Origin: a virus
DNA: 64,000 nucleotides
Virus record (IMG/VR): IMGVR_UViG_3300035070_002905
Location: 1-64,000 of that record
Strand: one strand, 5' to 3'
Position numbers and translations under genes: made by a program. The notes under the pieces were generated by a model. It searched no databases. It worked only from the letters and a program-made list of their open reading frames with translations, and was not told the DNA's origin. Each line of letters opens with the position of its first letter. The first letter of the stretch is position 1. Positions 18,052 through 28,260 of this stretch are shown piece after piece.

Positions 18052-20058
18052 ATGGAAATTACACTAGAACAGCTACGCGCAAACTACCTAGAAGCAGCAA
18101 TGGTATTCGAAGTACCTGCAGAAGCAATGACTGACTCTTACAAGATCGGTATGTCTATGCTACACGAACTAAGCATCTTCGGTTGCCTGGTAGAGATCGC
18201 TAACTCGTACTCTAACTTCACTCCTCGTAAGAATGCCTACATGGAATTCTGTGAGCTGAGCGATGAGCACATCGTCGTGTACGGTACTCGTGAGAGCTAC
18301 CAGGTGATCGTCGATATGTGGGACCGTACGTTCTTCAAGGTAGACCAGAAGCTGGCTATGAAGCGTCTGCGTCGTCGTACCCGTAACCACTTCGGTTCAA
18401 TTGCAGAGCACAGTAAGTTCCTGCACGATATGAAGTCGCTGCACGACCTAGGCTACCTGCCGCTTGAAGTCCGTGCGATTGACGAAGGTACTAAGTACCC
18501 GATCGGTCTGCCGGTATTCACCGTTAAGGCTACAGTAGACGGCTACGGCTGGTTGGTGAACTTTACCGAGACGTTATCGTCAGGTCTGATCTGGCCGATG
18601 ATCAACACGGCTACTAAGATCGAGCAGTTCTTCCTACAGGCTAAACACTACGGTGAGCTGTCTGCACCTCAGGAAGTAGTTGACATGTGGCTACCTATCT
18701 GTATCCACGAGTTCGGTATGCGCGGCTACCGTGGTCCTCAGGATCAGATCCGTACATCTTCGTGTCATAACCTGTTCTTCCTCGGTTCAGATACGATCGG
18801 TACAATCGACTTCTTCGAGCACTACTACGGCGCCGACTCGGATACCGCTCCGATTGCCGTAAGTGTACGTGCCTCTGAGCATGCAGATATCAGCCGTATG
18901 CTGAGCCTGTTCCGCCATATCGCACAGAAGGCAATTGACGAAGATGCGATTACCCATAAGTGTGTGGCGGTAATGAAGACTGCAGAGGAGCAGGCTAACT
19001 TCAAGATCTCTACTCTAGGAGAAGGAGAGTGCGTTAAGGGTTACCGTGGAGGTTACTTTGAGAATATCGATGAAGATCCTGCAGAGGTCTTCCCGATCCA
19101 TGTCGATCCTCAGGATGTTCTGGATAATACTGAGTTCTACGTGCTGAAATACTTCGTAGATAATTCTACCGGCATCATGTCGTATGTATCTGATACGGAG
19201 AACTACTACCGCCTGCTTAACGAGTACGGTGCGCAACTTAAGGGTGCTATCGAGAACCGTGAAGCTCGTGAAGACGGTCAACCGCCTATCCTCGTGTTCC
19301 GTCCCGATAGCTCTCGCCATACTCCTCTTAACGTAATCTGTGGTTACCAGATCTTCGAGCATATGAGCGATTACTCTAAGGGTGATTACGTTACGTATGA
19401 TAATCGACATGATGATAACATCGTCGTCAAGAATGGTAAAGGCGAGTACTACCTTGCGAAGTTCAGCGGATGGGCTCCGGGCAAGTATCACTACTTGATC
19501 GGTGAACAGATCACTAAAGAAGAAGCGCAGGGTTCACTGGTAAGCCTATGGAATACCTTCGGTGGTGCAGAAGTGGAAACTCCTGCCGGTCTGATGAAGT
19601 TGATTAATCCTGCAGTAGGCTTGATCTACGGCGAGGCTATCAGCCAGAAGCACCAGAAGGAGATCTACGAGCGCATGATCGAGATGGGCTTCTCTGCAGT
19701 TAACGTATTGATGGGCAAGGGTTCTTATGCTTCGCTTGAGAATTCTACACGTGACCTATTCTCTATGTCGTACAAGCAGACGTTCTCTGAAGCGATCATC
19801 GACGGCGAACGCGTTAACCTTGAGCAGCAGAAGACTCCGATGGGAGACATGAGCAAGAAGTCGGCTAAGGGTCTACTATGTGTACCTTACGTAGATCCGC
19901 TACTAGGGTTCGTCTTAGAGCAGGAAGTTAGCGAAGAGCGTGAGCAGGAAGGTTGCTTGACTCTGCTACTGCGCAACGGCGTATTCTACAAGAACCAGAC
20001 GTTGGATGATATCAAAGCCAACTACGCGTCTAACACTTACTACCACCTGGAGAAGTAA
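18052..20058 (+). CDS. nadV: nicotinamide phosphoribosyltransferase-like protein (candidate Namat)
   Basis: TDSYK, NFTPR, HEFGMRG, GSDT, ASEH, VSDT, RPDS, IYG, KKSAKG; contains insertions. Confidence 0.88.
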   Translation: MEITLEQLRANYLEAAMVFEVPAEAMTDSYKIGMSMLHELSIFGCLVEIANSYSNFTPRKNAYMEFCELSDEHIVVYGTRESYQVIVDMWDRTFFKVDQKLAMKRLRRRTRNHFGSIAEHSKFLHDMKSLHDLGYLPLEVRAIDEGTKYPIGLPVFTVKATVDGYGWLVNFTETLSSGLIWPMINTATKIEQFFLQAKHYGELSAPQEVVDMWLPICIHEFGMRGYRGPQDQIRTSSCHNLFFLGSDTIGTIDFFEHYYGADSDTAPIAVSVRASEHADISRMLSLFRHIAQKAIDEDAITHKCVAVMKTAEEQANFKISTLGEGECVKGYRGGYFENIDEDPAEVFPIHVDPQDVLDNTEFYVLKYFVDNSTGIMSYVSDTENYYRLLNEYGAQLKGAIENREAREDGQPPILVFRPDSSRHTPLNVICGYQIFEHMSDYSKGDYVTYDNRHDDNIVVKNGKGEYYLAKFSGWAPGKYHYLIGEQITKEEAQGSLVSLWNTFGGAEVETPAGLMKLINPAVGLIYGEAISQKHQKEIYERMIEMGFSAVNVLMGKGSYASLENSTRDLFSMSYKQTFSEAIIDGERVNLEQQKTPMGDMSKKSAKGLLCVPYVDPLLGFVLEQEVSEEREQEGCLTLLLRNGVFYKNQTLDDIKANYASNTYYHLEK

Positions 20059-20396
20059 TGGAATTCATCGACGTATGCGGTAAGACAAGCGTCGACGCAA
20101 GCACCGGGGAGCGCTCTACACGCCTCCTGGCGCCTGGCGTCATTCTATATCAAGTAAACGTATTATGGCAGACTCCGAGAGTAGATGAGTTAGAAGTAAT
20201 ACACAGCGATGGTCGAGAGGTTATGCTACGTAACACTTCCACACAGGCTGCTAGTCTGGTCAACTGGAAGAAGATCGTGTTTAACGATACGGCTGCCTGC
20301 TACTTTGCCCACAAGAGCGATGCGTTCTTGATGGCTCTTGAACATTACAAAACTGTAACCGCTAAGGTAGGTATAGCCTGCCAAGAATTGGAGTAA
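20058..20396 (+). CDS. hypothetical protein
   Basis: TAATG coupling. Confidence 0.6.
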   Translation: MEFIDVCGKTSVDASTGERSTRLLAPGVILYQVNVLWQTPRVDELEVIHSDGREVMLRNTSTQAASLVNWKKIVFNDTAACYFAHKSDAFLMALEHYKTVTAKVGIACQELE

Positions 20397-20400
20397 CACA

Positions 20401-20868
20401 ATGAGCCTATACACAACTATTAAAGCAGATCTACTGGCGTCACGTAAAAGCGGTGACACTTCTCGTACAAGCGACTTGATCGGCATCATCGACGGTGCAG
20501 ATAAGCGTCTGGATACTCAGAACGAAGTGATCCGTAAGAAGTGCAAGAAGACTGGCACTGACTTCGCTCCGTTGGTAATGACCGACGAGCTGGTGATCGC
20601 CGAGATCAAGAACCAGGTGAAAAACCTTAACGAATCAATCGATCAGGTGAACAACCCGTACGCTGAAGGTTGCATGTCGGTTACGGTAATTCGTCTGGAA
20701 GAGTACCTTCCGAAGCAACTTACCGAAGCAGAGCTGACGGCTAAGATCTACGGACTGGAGTTCAGTAATATCGGTCAGGGTATGCAGGCAATCGTTAAGC
20801 TTGCCGCTGACGAAGACTTTGACTTCGATAAGGGTATGGCTAGCAAGATCATTCGAGGCAGCCTATGA
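20401..20868 (+). CDS. GatB/YqeY-domain protein
   Basis: MSLYTTIKADLLASRKSGD; LEEYLPKQLTEAEL; DKGMASKII. Confidence 0.8.
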   Translation: MSLYTTIKADLLASRKSGDTSRTSDLIGIIDGADKRLDTQNEVIRKKCKKTGTDFAPLVMTDELVIAEIKNQVKNLNESIDQVNNPYAEGCMSVTVIRLEEYLPKQLTEAELTAKIYGLEFSNIGQGMQAIVKLAADEDFDFDKGMASKIIRGSL

Positions 20869-21116
20869 GATCCATTAAGCAGCTAGACAAAGAGCGATCC
20901 GAGCTCCATAAGCTAGTAGACGACGCCTATTGGAATAAGCGTCGTGAGCTTCAAGCAGAGTGCCCTCACGATAACGAAGGGCGCTTCAAAGACGATCGCG
21001 ACATCCATCCCCATAACGGAGATGAGATAGGCGATGCCTATTGGATTTGCAGTAACTGTGATCGACATATTATTCTCACCGACGAGCAGTACAGAAATAA
21101 GGTGAAACCGGTATGA
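20865..21116 (+). CDS. small Zn-finger-like protein
   Basis: CPH...CSNC. Confidence 0.55.
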   Translation: MRSIKQLDKERSELHKLVDDAYWNKRRELQAECPHDNEGRFKDDRDIHPHNGDEIGDAYWICSNCDRHIILTDEQYRNKVKPV

Positions 21117-21184
21117 TTTGGAACTGGGGTGGATTTCCTAACGGCGGCAGCACTAGACCGCCAAAACGTAAGTAAGGATTAACA

Positions 21185-21424
21185 ATGAGCTTTAAAGCAT
21201 ACGCAGTAGATATCTTCAACGTACTCCGCGGAGTGCAGGTTAAATCTGACGTGGAACTTCAGCACGCCTACCGTACCTATACGATCGATTGTAAGAAAAG
21301 CGATTGGCCGGCAATGGGTTACGACGAATGGTATCTTAGCGGATATCGCAAAGCAATGCACGAGGGCAGGGCCTGCTACCGTGTACCTAACACTAACGAC
21401 ATTCTATTCTACGTGGAGGTGTAA
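21185..21424 (+). CDS. hypothetical protein (paralogue of next gene)
   Basis: AMGYDEWYLSGYRK motif. Confidence 0.65.
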   Translation: MSFKAYAVDIFNVLRGVQVKSDVELQHAYRTYTIDCKKSDWPAMGYDEWYLSGYRKAMHEGRACYRVPNTNDILFYVEV

Positions 21425-21658
21425 ATGTCATTCATTAAATGGTTAATTGATTATCTAAGCGAAAAGCCTGTAGATACTTCTCATCACGAAGCCGATCTTC
21501 GTGCCCAGTACGTACTGTACCGTAAAGACTGCGCTGCGGTTAACACGGAAGCAATGAGCTACGATGAGTTCTGGGCGAGCGGCTATCGTCGCTGTACATG
21601 GCGTGGCCGTCTGTGCTATGCTAAACCTGGCACAACTGAAGTACTGATGTATGCTTAG
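21425..21658 (+). CDS. hypothetical protein (paralogue of previous gene)
   Basis: AMSYDEFWASGYRR motif; GGAGG RBS. Confidence 0.65.
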   Translation: MSFIKWLIDYLSEKPVDTSHHEADLRAQYVLYRKDCAAVNTEAMSYDEFWASGYRRCTWRGRLCYAKPGTTEVLMYA

Positions 21659-22121
21659 TAGTGAAGCGCAGGCTGAGTGTCTTGCAGGTGAGCGTCAGGG
21701 TTGTCATTCCAGTCGCCACTGGTACAACGTAAGTCGAGTGGCCGTACTTCTGGCTATGCAAAACGGAGGTGACCCTGCGGTCGCCTCTGCCTTCGGCTGG
21801 TACCATGACTGTCGTCGAGAGAATGATAACGAAGATCCCGACCATGGTAATCGTGGCGCTGTACTGGCGATGAAGCACTGGCAGGCCGGCTGGCTGGACC
21901 TTACTAAGGATCAACTGGACGTACTGCTATTCGCATGTCAATGGCATACTGCAGGGCATCTAGACGATGATCCTACCGTCCAAGCCTGTTGGGATGCCGA
22001 TCGCCTAGACCTACCTCGAGTAGGAAAAATCGTAGACCCGTACTACTTAAATACGGACACTGCCAAAGAAATGGTTAAACTAATTGGTACACAATATATT
22101 GGAGTATGTGACTGTGGCTAA
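21651..22121 (+). CDS. HD-domain phosphohydrolase
   Basis: HSSRHW, YHDCRR, DHG, WDADRLDL. Confidence 0.8.
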   Translation: MLSSEAQAECLAGERQGCHSSRHWYNVSRVAVLLAMQNGGDPAVASAFGWYHDCRRENDNEDPDHGNRGAVLAMKHWQAGWLDLTKDQLDVLLFACQWHTAGHLDDDPTVQACWDADRLDLPRVGKIVDPYYLNTDTAKEMVKLIGTQYIGVCDCG

Positions 22122-22602
22122 AGAAATCGAAAGCAAGTTCCTGATCGACCTCAAGAAGTTCCCTGCTAATGCAGGTCGCGGCGACTTCATCCGTCAGGGT
22201 TACGTGAGCATGGGCACCAACACCGTCCGTGTGCGTACCCTGGGTAACAAGGGGTATTTGACCGTTAAGAGTCGCGGTCTGGTTGTACGCGATGAATACG
22301 AGTACGAGATCCCGTTCAACGATGCATGTGAAATGCTCGAGAACTGCCTCGACTTGGTAATCGAGAAGTGGCGCTTCACTGTACGTGTAGGCGACTACAT
22401 CTGGGAGATCGACCACTTTAAGAAGGAGCACGAAGGTCTGGTAGTAGCAGAAGTCGAGTTCCAGGATATGGATCATCGTACAGAGTTCTACGAAGATGTA
22501 GAGCGCGGTCTATTCGACTGGATCGTAAGCGATGTAACTGAAGTACCGTACTACACAAACGTAGAGTTGGCTCGTGGTAATATGAGCTGGTTAACTGAAT
22601 AA
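22114..22602 (+). CDS. CYTH-domain protein (triphosphatase/adenylate cyclase fold)
   Basis: EIESKF, IRQGY, VRVR, EYEYEI, IEKWR, WEID, VAEVE; GTG start. Confidence 0.88.
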   Translation: MAKEIESKFLIDLKKFPANAGRGDFIRQGYVSMGTNTVRVRTLGNKGYLTVKSRGLVVRDEYEYEIPFNDACEMLENCLDLVIEKWRFTVRVGDYIWEIDHFKKEHEGLVVAEVEFQDMDHRTEFYEDVERGLFDWIVSDVTEVPYYTNVELARGNMSWLTE

Positions 22603-22616
22603 GAAAGGAGACAAGG

Positions 22617-22871
22617 ATGTCTGTACAATATCATTGCTATGATGGCAAACGTGTAATCGCTACTGTAGCGGTAAAAGAATCTCACCGAGAAGCTATTGAA
22701 GAACTAGTAGCTGCAGTCCTACCTAAACTCGGGCAGTACCTCTATGATGAAGAGGAGACTTCCTGGGCGGTACGTGACTTCATGCGACTGTCTCGAGCTC
22801 CCTACAATAAGCAACAGATCTTGGAGTTCTGCACACTGGACTTCAACATTGTAATCCAAAGGACATATTGA
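22617..22871 (+). CDS. hypothetical protein
   Basis: AAGGAG RBS. Confidence 0.6.
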   Translation: MSVQYHCYDGKRVIATVAVKESHREAIEELVAAVLPKLGQYLYDEEETSWAVRDFMRLSRAPYNKQQILEFCTLDFNIVIQRTY

Positions 22872-23098
22872 TGACTACAACTGTACATCACACTGAGCAC
22901 GAACAGGGTTGGGGTAGTAAGGTCGAGACGATTCTCGAGTTTAAATACGCCGACGATGCCGAGGCGCATGTCGAGAAGAAGAACGAAGAGTGGTCTAACG
23001 ACTCCTACGAGTACTTCTGGCGTGCTTCAATCGCTCACTGTAACGGTGTTCGTCACGGCGGCAAACCTAACCCTGACGCGTACACATGTATTAAATAA
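22868..23098 (+). CDS. hypothetical protein
   Basis: EHEQGWGSK motif; AAGGA RBS. Confidence 0.6.
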   Translation: MMTTTVHHTEHEQGWGSKVETILEFKYADDAEAHVEKKNEEWSNDSYEYFWRASIAHCNGVRHGGKPNPDAYTCIK

Positions 23099-23110
23099 AC
23101 AGGGTAAACC

Positions 23111-23120
23111 TGTTATAAGT
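23111..23120 (+). promoter_or_regulatory. putative promoter motif A (core TGTTATAAGT)
   Basis: Upstream of porin gene. Confidence 0.6.
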
Positions 23121-23169
23121 TCTTTGAGGTACAATATGCCTCATTCAATCCTAGAAAAGAGAGAAAAAC

Positions 23170-24057
23170 ATGAAAAAGATCCTAATCGCTTCTGCTATCG
23201 CACTTGCAACTTCTCCGGCTTTCGCTTCAATCCAGGCTCCTGCTGCAGATCAATTTGTAGTATCTGGTGAACTGGCTGCTGGTGGTTACTCTAACGATGG
23301 TAAAGTGATCAACGATGGTGTAACTGGTATCGAGCTGGGCGTTAGCTATATGAACGGTCCGTTGGTAGGTTACGCTGAGATCGATGCTGATCTTGACAAT
23401 GACTTCGGCGTAGACCATACTGGTTCAGATGCAGTTGACTTGGACAAACTATGGTTCGGCTACCAGACAAAAGTTGGTACTCTATCATACGGTGTGGAAA
23501 ATGATACAGCCCTGGATAAGATCGATGGTGCTGGCGACCAGTCTATCGAGTTCGGCCTAAGCGCGGCGGATGCATCTGATGCATTCAACGTGGTGAAATG
23601 GGAGGGCGGCTACGGTCCTGTAGTATACGGCGTGTCTACTTCTGATACAGGTGATGACGCAGGTGATGACTTCACGTTCAACACTTACGCTGGTATCGAA
23701 GACGGCATTCTTAAGATGTACGTAGGTTACGAGCAACGTGACTCTGACTTCGAAGTTCTGACGGTTACTGGTAACGCTACTCTGGGCGATTTCGTCCTAG
23801 GTGCAAACGTATGGCGTGAAGGTGAAGACCTTGACAAAGACGGTTACTACGTATCTGCAGGCTACCAGATTAACGAACTGTACATCGGTGGTGGTGCTGG
23901 TCGTAAGAGCGAAGACGATAATGGCAACATCGAAGACGTGGCTAACATCGGCGTATCGTACGCGTTCACTGATCAGGTAGAAGGTCTATTCGACTACCAA
24001 CGTGAGATCGACGCAGAGAAGGACAACTTCTTCGCGAAAGTAGCTTACAATTTCTAA
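23170..24057 (+). CDS. Gram-negative outer membrane porin
   Basis: Signal peptide ending AFA; amphipathic beta strands; acidic loops; C-terminal AKVAYNF beta-signal. Confidence 0.85.
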   Translation: MKKILIASAIALATSPAFASIQAPAADQFVVSGELAAGGYSNDGKVINDGVTGIELGVSYMNGPLVGYAEIDADLDNDFGVDHTGSDAVDLDKLWFGYQTKVGTLSYGVENDTALDKIDGAGDQSIEFGLSAADASDAFNVVKWEGGYGPVVYGVSTSDTGDDAGDDFTFNTYAGIEDGILKMYVGYEQRDSDFEVLTVTGNATLGDFVLGANVWREGEDLDKDGYYVSAGYQINELYIGGGAGRKSEDDNGNIEDVANIGVSYAFTDQVEGLFDYQREIDAEKDNFFAKVAYNF

Positions 24058-24075
24058 GACTCCCTCGGGGGTCGT

Positions 24076-24099
24076 GAGGGTCTTCTGACCCTCTTTTTT
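24076..24099 (+). terminator. rho-independent terminator
   Basis: GAGGGTC-TTCT-GACCCTC-TTTTTT. Confidence 0.85.
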
Positions 24100-24122
24100 C
24101 TTAGCGGACTATAGGAGAGAGC

Positions 24123-24323
24123 ATGGAATTCTTTCAAATGGCAGCAGTACTAGTGATTCTCACCTGGACGTGGTATCGCTTCACGCAATGTTGTGCATGT
24201 TGTGGAACCAAAATCCAGCATCACGATTATATGGGTAACGGAAAGATTCGTTACCGACTTAAAGGAACCCAGCGCCCCGTGTGTCGGGCTTGTGGAAACA
24301 ATAACCCGGACATGGTGGACTAG
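24123..24323 (+). CDS. small membrane-anchored Cys protein
   Basis: AGGAG RBS; CACC...CRAC. Confidence 0.55.
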   Translation: MEFFQMAAVLVILTWTWYRFTQCCACCGTKIQHHDYMGNGKIRYRLKGTQRPVCRACGNNNPDMVD

Positions 24324-24360
24324 GAGAGCAATAGCCTCCAATCATCCCGGGAGACATGGA

Positions 24361-25116
24361 ATGTCTAGAAGAAGACGTAAAAGCAAGATCGCAAAAGTAA
24401 ACCTACGTAAAGCATACAACCTGAGTGGCTTAAAGTGCCCTTACTCGCGGTTCGTCCGTGAGAAGGTCATCCCCGTTATCGGAGAGTCCGCTCTACACCC
24501 TCTACCTCGCCGGAAGGGATCTCGCGAGAACGAGTGGTGGGTGACTAAGAATAACTTCGCGCGAGTTCTGCGTGAACACGATTACCGTCTACCAGCCAAG
24601 GTCAGTACTGAACAGGTAGATGCAGTGACTCAGTTCGTTGCCCAGCATCCCGATGCAGGTGGTACATTGATTCTTAGTCTTGTTGAAATGCTCCGTGAAC
24701 GCGGCGATGAAGACTCGGCGGTTGCGCTAGTGCAACCCAACGAAAACGAGTTGGTTTACTGTATTCCAATTCACCCGTTCTCCAATAACCATCAGTACGA
24801 GTACACACCTCGGGGTTCTGGAGTTCGATGTACCGATAAGTACAATGAGTGGAAGCGAGATGCAGACGCTTTACTAGCAGCGTTAGTTCAAGATGGTGAC
24901 CGTGAGAAGATCGACTGGACGCAACCGGTCCACGTAGATTACCATTTCCGTCATCTAGCGAGATTCGACACGATGAATTTCATCAAGTCAGCACAGGACG
25001 TGCTTGGTCGAGTATTCGCCTTTGATGACAAAAGAGTTAAATCAAGTAATGTATCCGCAGAGGATGCGTCCGGCTATGACGATGGCCATATCCTGTTTAC
25101 AATAAGGCAGAAATAA
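24361..25116 (+). CDS. RusA-like Holliday junction resolvase with N-terminal extension
   Basis: PFSNN...KYNEWK...FDTMNFIKSAQDVL...FDDKRV; start MSRRRR. Confidence 0.65.
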   Translation: MSRRRRKSKIAKVNLRKAYNLSGLKCPYSRFVREKVIPVIGESALHPLPRRKGSRENEWWVTKNNFARVLREHDYRLPAKVSTEQVDAVTQFVAQHPDAGGTLILSLVEMLRERGDEDSAVALVQPNENELVYCIPIHPFSNNHQYEYTPRGSGVRCTDKYNEWKRDADALLAALVQDGDREKIDWTQPVHVDYHFRHLARFDTMNFIKSAQDVLGRVFAFDDKRVKSSNVSAEDASGYDDGHILFTIRQK

Positions 25117-25439
25117 TGATCCAATACAACCCGAACGTAGCGATTGCTAATCGCCAGAACGTAGCAGCAATGTTAGAGTACCACGGTCCGTCTACCGCTC
25201 CAGAGATCGCAGAGGTTCTCTGTGAGCAATTCCCCGAGATGGTTAGTACTAAGGCCCGTCGCCTACTCTCGCTTGATCCTACCGATGAAGATCGTGAGAT
25301 TGCAGCGGAAGGTGCTATCGCCCAGGTTACCCAGGAAGTCATCCGCTGTATCTACGATGAAGTCCACGGTCGTAACCGTTACAATATCAACCGAGGTTTT
25401 CCTATCAATCAGCGCATGATCGCGTGGATTGAGGGTTAA
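25116..25439 (+). CDS. hypothetical protein, possible wHTH
   Basis: NVAAMLEYHGPSTAPEIAEVL; related to N-terminus of 25698-26534. Confidence 0.6.
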   Translation: MIQYNPNVAIANRQNVAAMLEYHGPSTAPEIAEVLCEQFPEMVSTKARRLLSLDPTDEDREIAAEGAIAQVTQEVIRCIYDEVHGRNRYNINRGFPINQRMIAWIEG

Positions 25440-25444
25440 TCATT

Positions 25445-25472
25445 AGGCGTCCTACGGGGCGCCTCTTTTTTT
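25445..25472 (+). terminator. rho-independent terminator
   Basis: AGGCGTCC-TACG-GGGCGCCT followed by T tract. Confidence 0.85.
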
Positions 25473-25485
25473 GCTTGGAGGGAAC

Positions 25486-25701
25486 ATGAGCAAGATTACT
25501 AAATTGATTGAACTGTTGAATCAGATGGCTAGTTATCCGGATAATAACGTGGCGGCTGATGCAGTAGAACTTCGTATCGAGATAGAGGAGTTACAGGCCC
25601 GCGCCAAGACTACTCATGGATGCAGTTGCCAGGGTTGGGGTTGTTACTCATGTTGTTCATCGGAAGCTGAGCTCCGTCAGAGACAGGGGACATTCTCATG
25701 A
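25486..25701 (+). CDS. small protein with Cys-rich C-terminus
   Basis: GGAGG RBS before MSKITK; CSCQGWGCYSCC. Confidence 0.55.
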   Translation: MSKITKLIELLNQMASYPDNNVAADAVELRIEIEELQARAKTTHGCSCQGWGCYSCCSSEAELRQRQGTFS

Positions 25702-26534
25702 GCATATTCTCAATGGGCACGGTCCGTGTCGAGCAAGAGCATTACCCTGAGTATATCGACAAGCCGCCGATGCATCCAGTTAACATAGCCTCCGTGCTAA
25801 GTCAGATGGGTCCGATTACCTGTACTCATATAGTAGATATCCTGATGAGGGATTTCCCGGATGCCCCTGAAGAGGACCTTCATTTTGATGGTCTTAGACA
25901 GGTACTCGAACAGGGATACTACTCGAGTCTGGAGGGGGACGTTCATTACAATATGAACATACGCAGTATCCAGCCGATAATGGAGGATCATGAACTTACG
26001 CTATACTACCTGTCGTCTTACAGCGAACAGGAAGCAGTGCGATTTGATATACCAGATCTCAACGGGCACTTCTTCCACTCCACTCCCATGGAATACGACG
26101 GTGATCCTACGGGAATTCGAATAGAGGCTCCTACGTCCCCGTTCGTTCTCGGCGGCGAACATCGTATGGATGCATCGGCCTTCGGAGGAATCCGAGTAGA
26201 GCCTAATGACCCTGACCTCCCTAGACTCGTTCCTCGTGGTGTAGTACCTCGCGGACAACGGGCGATAGCCGATGGAGTCGACTCGGTATTCGACGGGGAA
26301 GACTGGGCTCCAGTTGAACCTACCGAGGAGCTGGAAGAGATCGACATGGAAGAAGTTATGCGGCGTGCCCGTGAAATCACTGGGATGGATGACTACACCG
26401 AAACGTACACACGCGAGGCTATAATAGAAGCCACGCAACCATTTGTAGGTCGACCGATGACAGAGGCGACTTTCCTCGAGATGCGAGACACTGTACACAA
26501 TACCGTGCATAGTGTTCTAGAAGGTACACGATAG
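25698..26534 (+). CDS. acidic hypothetical protein
   Basis: ATGA coupling. Confidence 0.65.
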   Translation: MSIFSMGTVRVEQEHYPEYIDKPPMHPVNIASVLSQMGPITCTHIVDILMRDFPDAPEEDLHFDGLRQVLEQGYYSSLEGDVHYNMNIRSIQPIMEDHELTLYYLSSYSEQEAVRFDIPDLNGHFFHSTPMEYDGDPTGIRIEAPTSPFVLGGEHRMDASAFGGIRVEPNDPDLPRLVPRGVVPRGQRAIADGVDSVFDGEDWAPVEPTEELEEIDMEEVMRRAREITGMDDYTETYTREAIIEATQPFVGRPMTEATFLEMRDTVHNTVHSVLEGTR

Positions 26535-26542
26535 GAGTTACC

Positions 26543-27775
26543 ATGAAGATATATCTAGTTGGCGGAGCTGTCCGCGACGAGTTGCTTGGCCTGGAGCCTA
26601 AAGACCAAGACTACGTGGTCGTTGGAGCAACACCAGAAGAAATGCTTAACGCAGGCTACAAACAGGTCGGCGCTGAGTTCCCTGTATTCCTACATCCAGA
26701 TAGTGGAGAAGAGTATGCACTTGCAAGAACTGAAGTTAAGAACGGAAATGGGTACCAAGGGTTCAACTGCGCCTTTGGGCCAGAGGTTACTCTCGAAGAA
26801 GATCTCGCACGTCGTGACCTCACGATCAATGCCATGGCTCGAGATGTTATCTCAGGAGAGCTGTATGACCCGTACGGAGGTCAACAAGATCTAGAGGACA
26901 AAGTGCTAAGGCCTACTACAGAAGCCTTCAGAGAGGATCCTGTGCGCGTTCTACGCGTTGCTCGATTCCTTGCTCGATACGATGGCTTCTCGTACAGCGA
27001 TGAGCTATTCGATACGATCGGCAGTATGATTAACTCCGGAGAGCTAGAGCACCTTAAGCCTGAGCGAGTATGGATCGAGACCGAGAAGGCCCTTATGGAA
27101 CCTAAGCCGTCACGCTACTTCAAGTTCCTACGTGGCATGGGGATATTCCCCGAGATCGATAACCTGCAGAAGGTCGAGCAGAGTGAGCGCTGGCATCCCG
27201 AGGGCGACGCCTTTATCCATACGATGATGGTGATCGACGAGGCTGCCCGCCGTGGCTGTGACCTAGAGACTCGCTTCGGCTGTCTGATGCACGACCTAGG
27301 TAAGTGGCCGACATACCAGGAGCGTGGCAATACGCATGGTCATGAGGGTGATGGTGTCGAGCACATCGAAGCCTTCTGCCGTCGCCTGAAGATTCCTAAC
27401 GATCACCGCGAGTTCGCTAAGCTGGTCAGCCGGTATCATACGCATACTCATAAGGCCTTCGAGTTGAAGCCGGCTACCTTGCACGATATGATCGCTGCAG
27501 TTAGTCGTAAGGACTTCTGGTTCGCGCGCTTCCTAGACGTCTGCGTCTGTGATAAGAACGGCCGAGCCGAGCCGGCATGCGATTGGGATTACTTCCAGCC
27601 TGCCTATGTACACGCCTGCGAACACCGTATGCGTCTTACCGATACTAAGCCGATCACCGATCGTATGGCTCCCGGCCCTGCAGTCGGCGAGGCTATTCGC
27701 TCGGCACGCATCGCGTCGATCCGCGGAGTACACAAAGAGTTCTATCAAAGTAAGAATCTTAAGGGAGAGAACTAA
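26543..27775 (+). CDS. cca: multifunctional CCA-adding tRNA nucleotidyltransferase with HD domain
   Basis: YLVGGAVRD, DQD, EYALARTE, DLARRDLTINAMA, EDPVRVLR, HPEGD, HDLGK. Confidence 0.95.
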   Translation: MKIYLVGGAVRDELLGLEPKDQDYVVVGATPEEMLNAGYKQVGAEFPVFLHPDSGEEYALARTEVKNGNGYQGFNCAFGPEVTLEEDLARRDLTINAMARDVISGELYDPYGGQQDLEDKVLRPTTEAFREDPVRVLRVARFLARYDGFSYSDELFDTIGSMINSGELEHLKPERVWIETEKALMEPKPSRYFKFLRGMGIFPEIDNLQKVEQSERWHPEGDAFIHTMMVIDEAARRGCDLETRFGCLMHDLGKWPTYQERGNTHGHEGDGVEHIEAFCRRLKIPNDHREFAKLVSRYHTHTHKAFELKPATLHDMIAAVSRKDFWFARFLDVCVCDKNGRAEPACDWDYFQPAYVHACEHRMRLTDTKPITDRMAPGPAVGEAIRSARIASIRGVHKEFYQSKNLKGEN

Positions 27776-28260
27776 TGAAAGCGTACACATTTATCAACAG
27801 CTACATCTGCGGGATTCAAGTAGGTATTCAAGCCGGTCACTCTATCGTCGAGTTGATGACTAGGTACCGTCCAGAGCCTTGCGAGTCATACCCAGATCCG
27901 ACCGTACAGGAAAAGGTCGTCATGGATTGGGCTGACCATCATAAGACATTCGTCTGGCTGGACGGCGGAGATGCTAAGGCTATGGATACAGTATACGATG
28001 TAGCGCGTAACTCTCGACTTCCGTTTTCTTTCTTCGAGGAACCTGGACTAGGCGGGTACATGACGGCTGTAACTGTACTACTACCTAGTGATCTGGTGGA
28101 TACTGTGAATCTACTACGTAATAATCGCGATGCAGTATACACTGAAGGTATGGAGGGCGAAATCTTCTGGGAGACCGATATGGTGCTCTCTAACGATTGT
28201 ACTAAAAGAGAGGCTCCTTTACTGGAGCTGATCGCTAACTCTCGGAGTAAAAGTCTATGA
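27775..28260 (+). CDS. peptidyl-tRNA hydrolase 2-like protein
   Basis: GIQAGHS...WADHHKTFVWL...FEEPGLGGYMTAV; coupled to cca. Confidence 0.6.
   Translation: MKAYTFINSYICGIQVGIQAGHSIVELMTRYRPEPCESYPDPTVQEKVVMDWADHHKTFVWLDGGDAKAMDTVYDVARNSRLPFSFFEEPGLGGYMTAVTVLLPSDLVDTVNLLRNNRDAVYTEGMEGEIFWETDMVLSNDCTKREAPLLELIANSRSKSL

Noticed and set aside
18880-19500. Intein or intron in the long Nampt-like gene
   Set aside because: Insertions are in frame and lack intein C/S...HN ends and homing-endonuclease motifs
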